Shown here in pieces: positions 16,733-16,905 of a DNA stretch of 16,905 bases. The stretch's first letter is position 1. Every line of letters begins with the position of its first letter. Location of the stretch: NCBI GenBank assembly GCA_964589775.1, contig CAZPUN010000006.1, positions 1 to 16,905 on the forward strand. Reading direction: 5' to 3'. The notes below the pieces were generated by a model, which was not told where the DNA came from, ran no database searches, and saw only the letters and a list, made by a program, of their open reading frames with translations. The position numbers and the translations under genes were made by a program. The stretch is from an uncultured archaeon. Its GTDB lineage: Archaea; Asgardarchaeota; Thorarchaeia; Thorarchaeales; CAZPUN01.

Positions 16733-16905
16733 TCCTTTTCATGCATTTCAAACGTGGTATGAATCTTGGAACACGTTTAGAATATTCAATATATTCATTT
16801 CCAAATTTTTGTATTGCTTCTGGTTCCTCAACGAATTTAACAAATGAAAACAGCATCAATAATTGGAATGGTAGAAAAATAAATACATAGGCTTCCCAGC
16901 CTAAA
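16722..16905 (-). CDS. Partial (3' end) isoprenylcysteine carboxyl methyltransferase / PEMT-family membrane methyltransferase
   Basis: Hand translation from 16904 gives LGWEAYVFIFLPFQLLMLFSFVKFVEEPEAIQKFGNEYIEYSKRVPRFIPRLKCMKRNEA*. EE-x6-FG-x2-Y-x2-Y-x3-VPRFIP is the family's C-terminal signature. Not in the ORF track. Confidence 0.85.
   Translation of the reverse strand, partial: LGWEAYVFIFLPFQLLMLFSFVKFVEEPEAIQKFGNEYIEYSKRVPRFIPRLKCMKRNEA

Overview
AT-rich, gene-dense window that looks archaeal (TATA-like boxes, GGTGA Shine-Dalgarno sites, oligo-T tracts after genes). An Asgard-type genome is plausible but unproven. Left to right it holds: the C-terminus of a membrane-anchored DxDxDG (TSP3-like) repeat surface protein; an APC amino-acid permease; a three-gene operon of class-V aminotransferase, short SerA-like dehydrogenase and DUF1015; an orphan ~310-aa protein; a reverse-strand MNT-HEPN (MntA/HepT-type) toxin-antitoxin pair; a DUF4140/DUF4139 protein; a DUF790/Bax1-like nuclease with no adjacent XPB; an ECF module (fused A-A' ATPase plus EcfT) coupled to a hotdog acyl-CoA thioesterase, with no recognisable S component; a membrane protein; two divergent helical/TPR-like proteins; an MFS transporter; and the 3' end of an ICMT/PEMT-family methyltransferase missed by the ORF track. 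Best lead 1: DUF1015 carries the PHE and DGHHR motifs of SerK/SbnI-type free serine kinases and sits where SerB would be expected, suggesting a kinase/phosphotransferase-based serine to 3-phosphoglycerate pathway. Best lead 2: the HEPN toxin is interrupted by an in-frame TGA and has an apparent +1 slip in an A7 run, while its antitoxin is intact. No rRNA, tRNA, CRISPR array or transposase was seen. All family calls come from motif recognition, not database searches.
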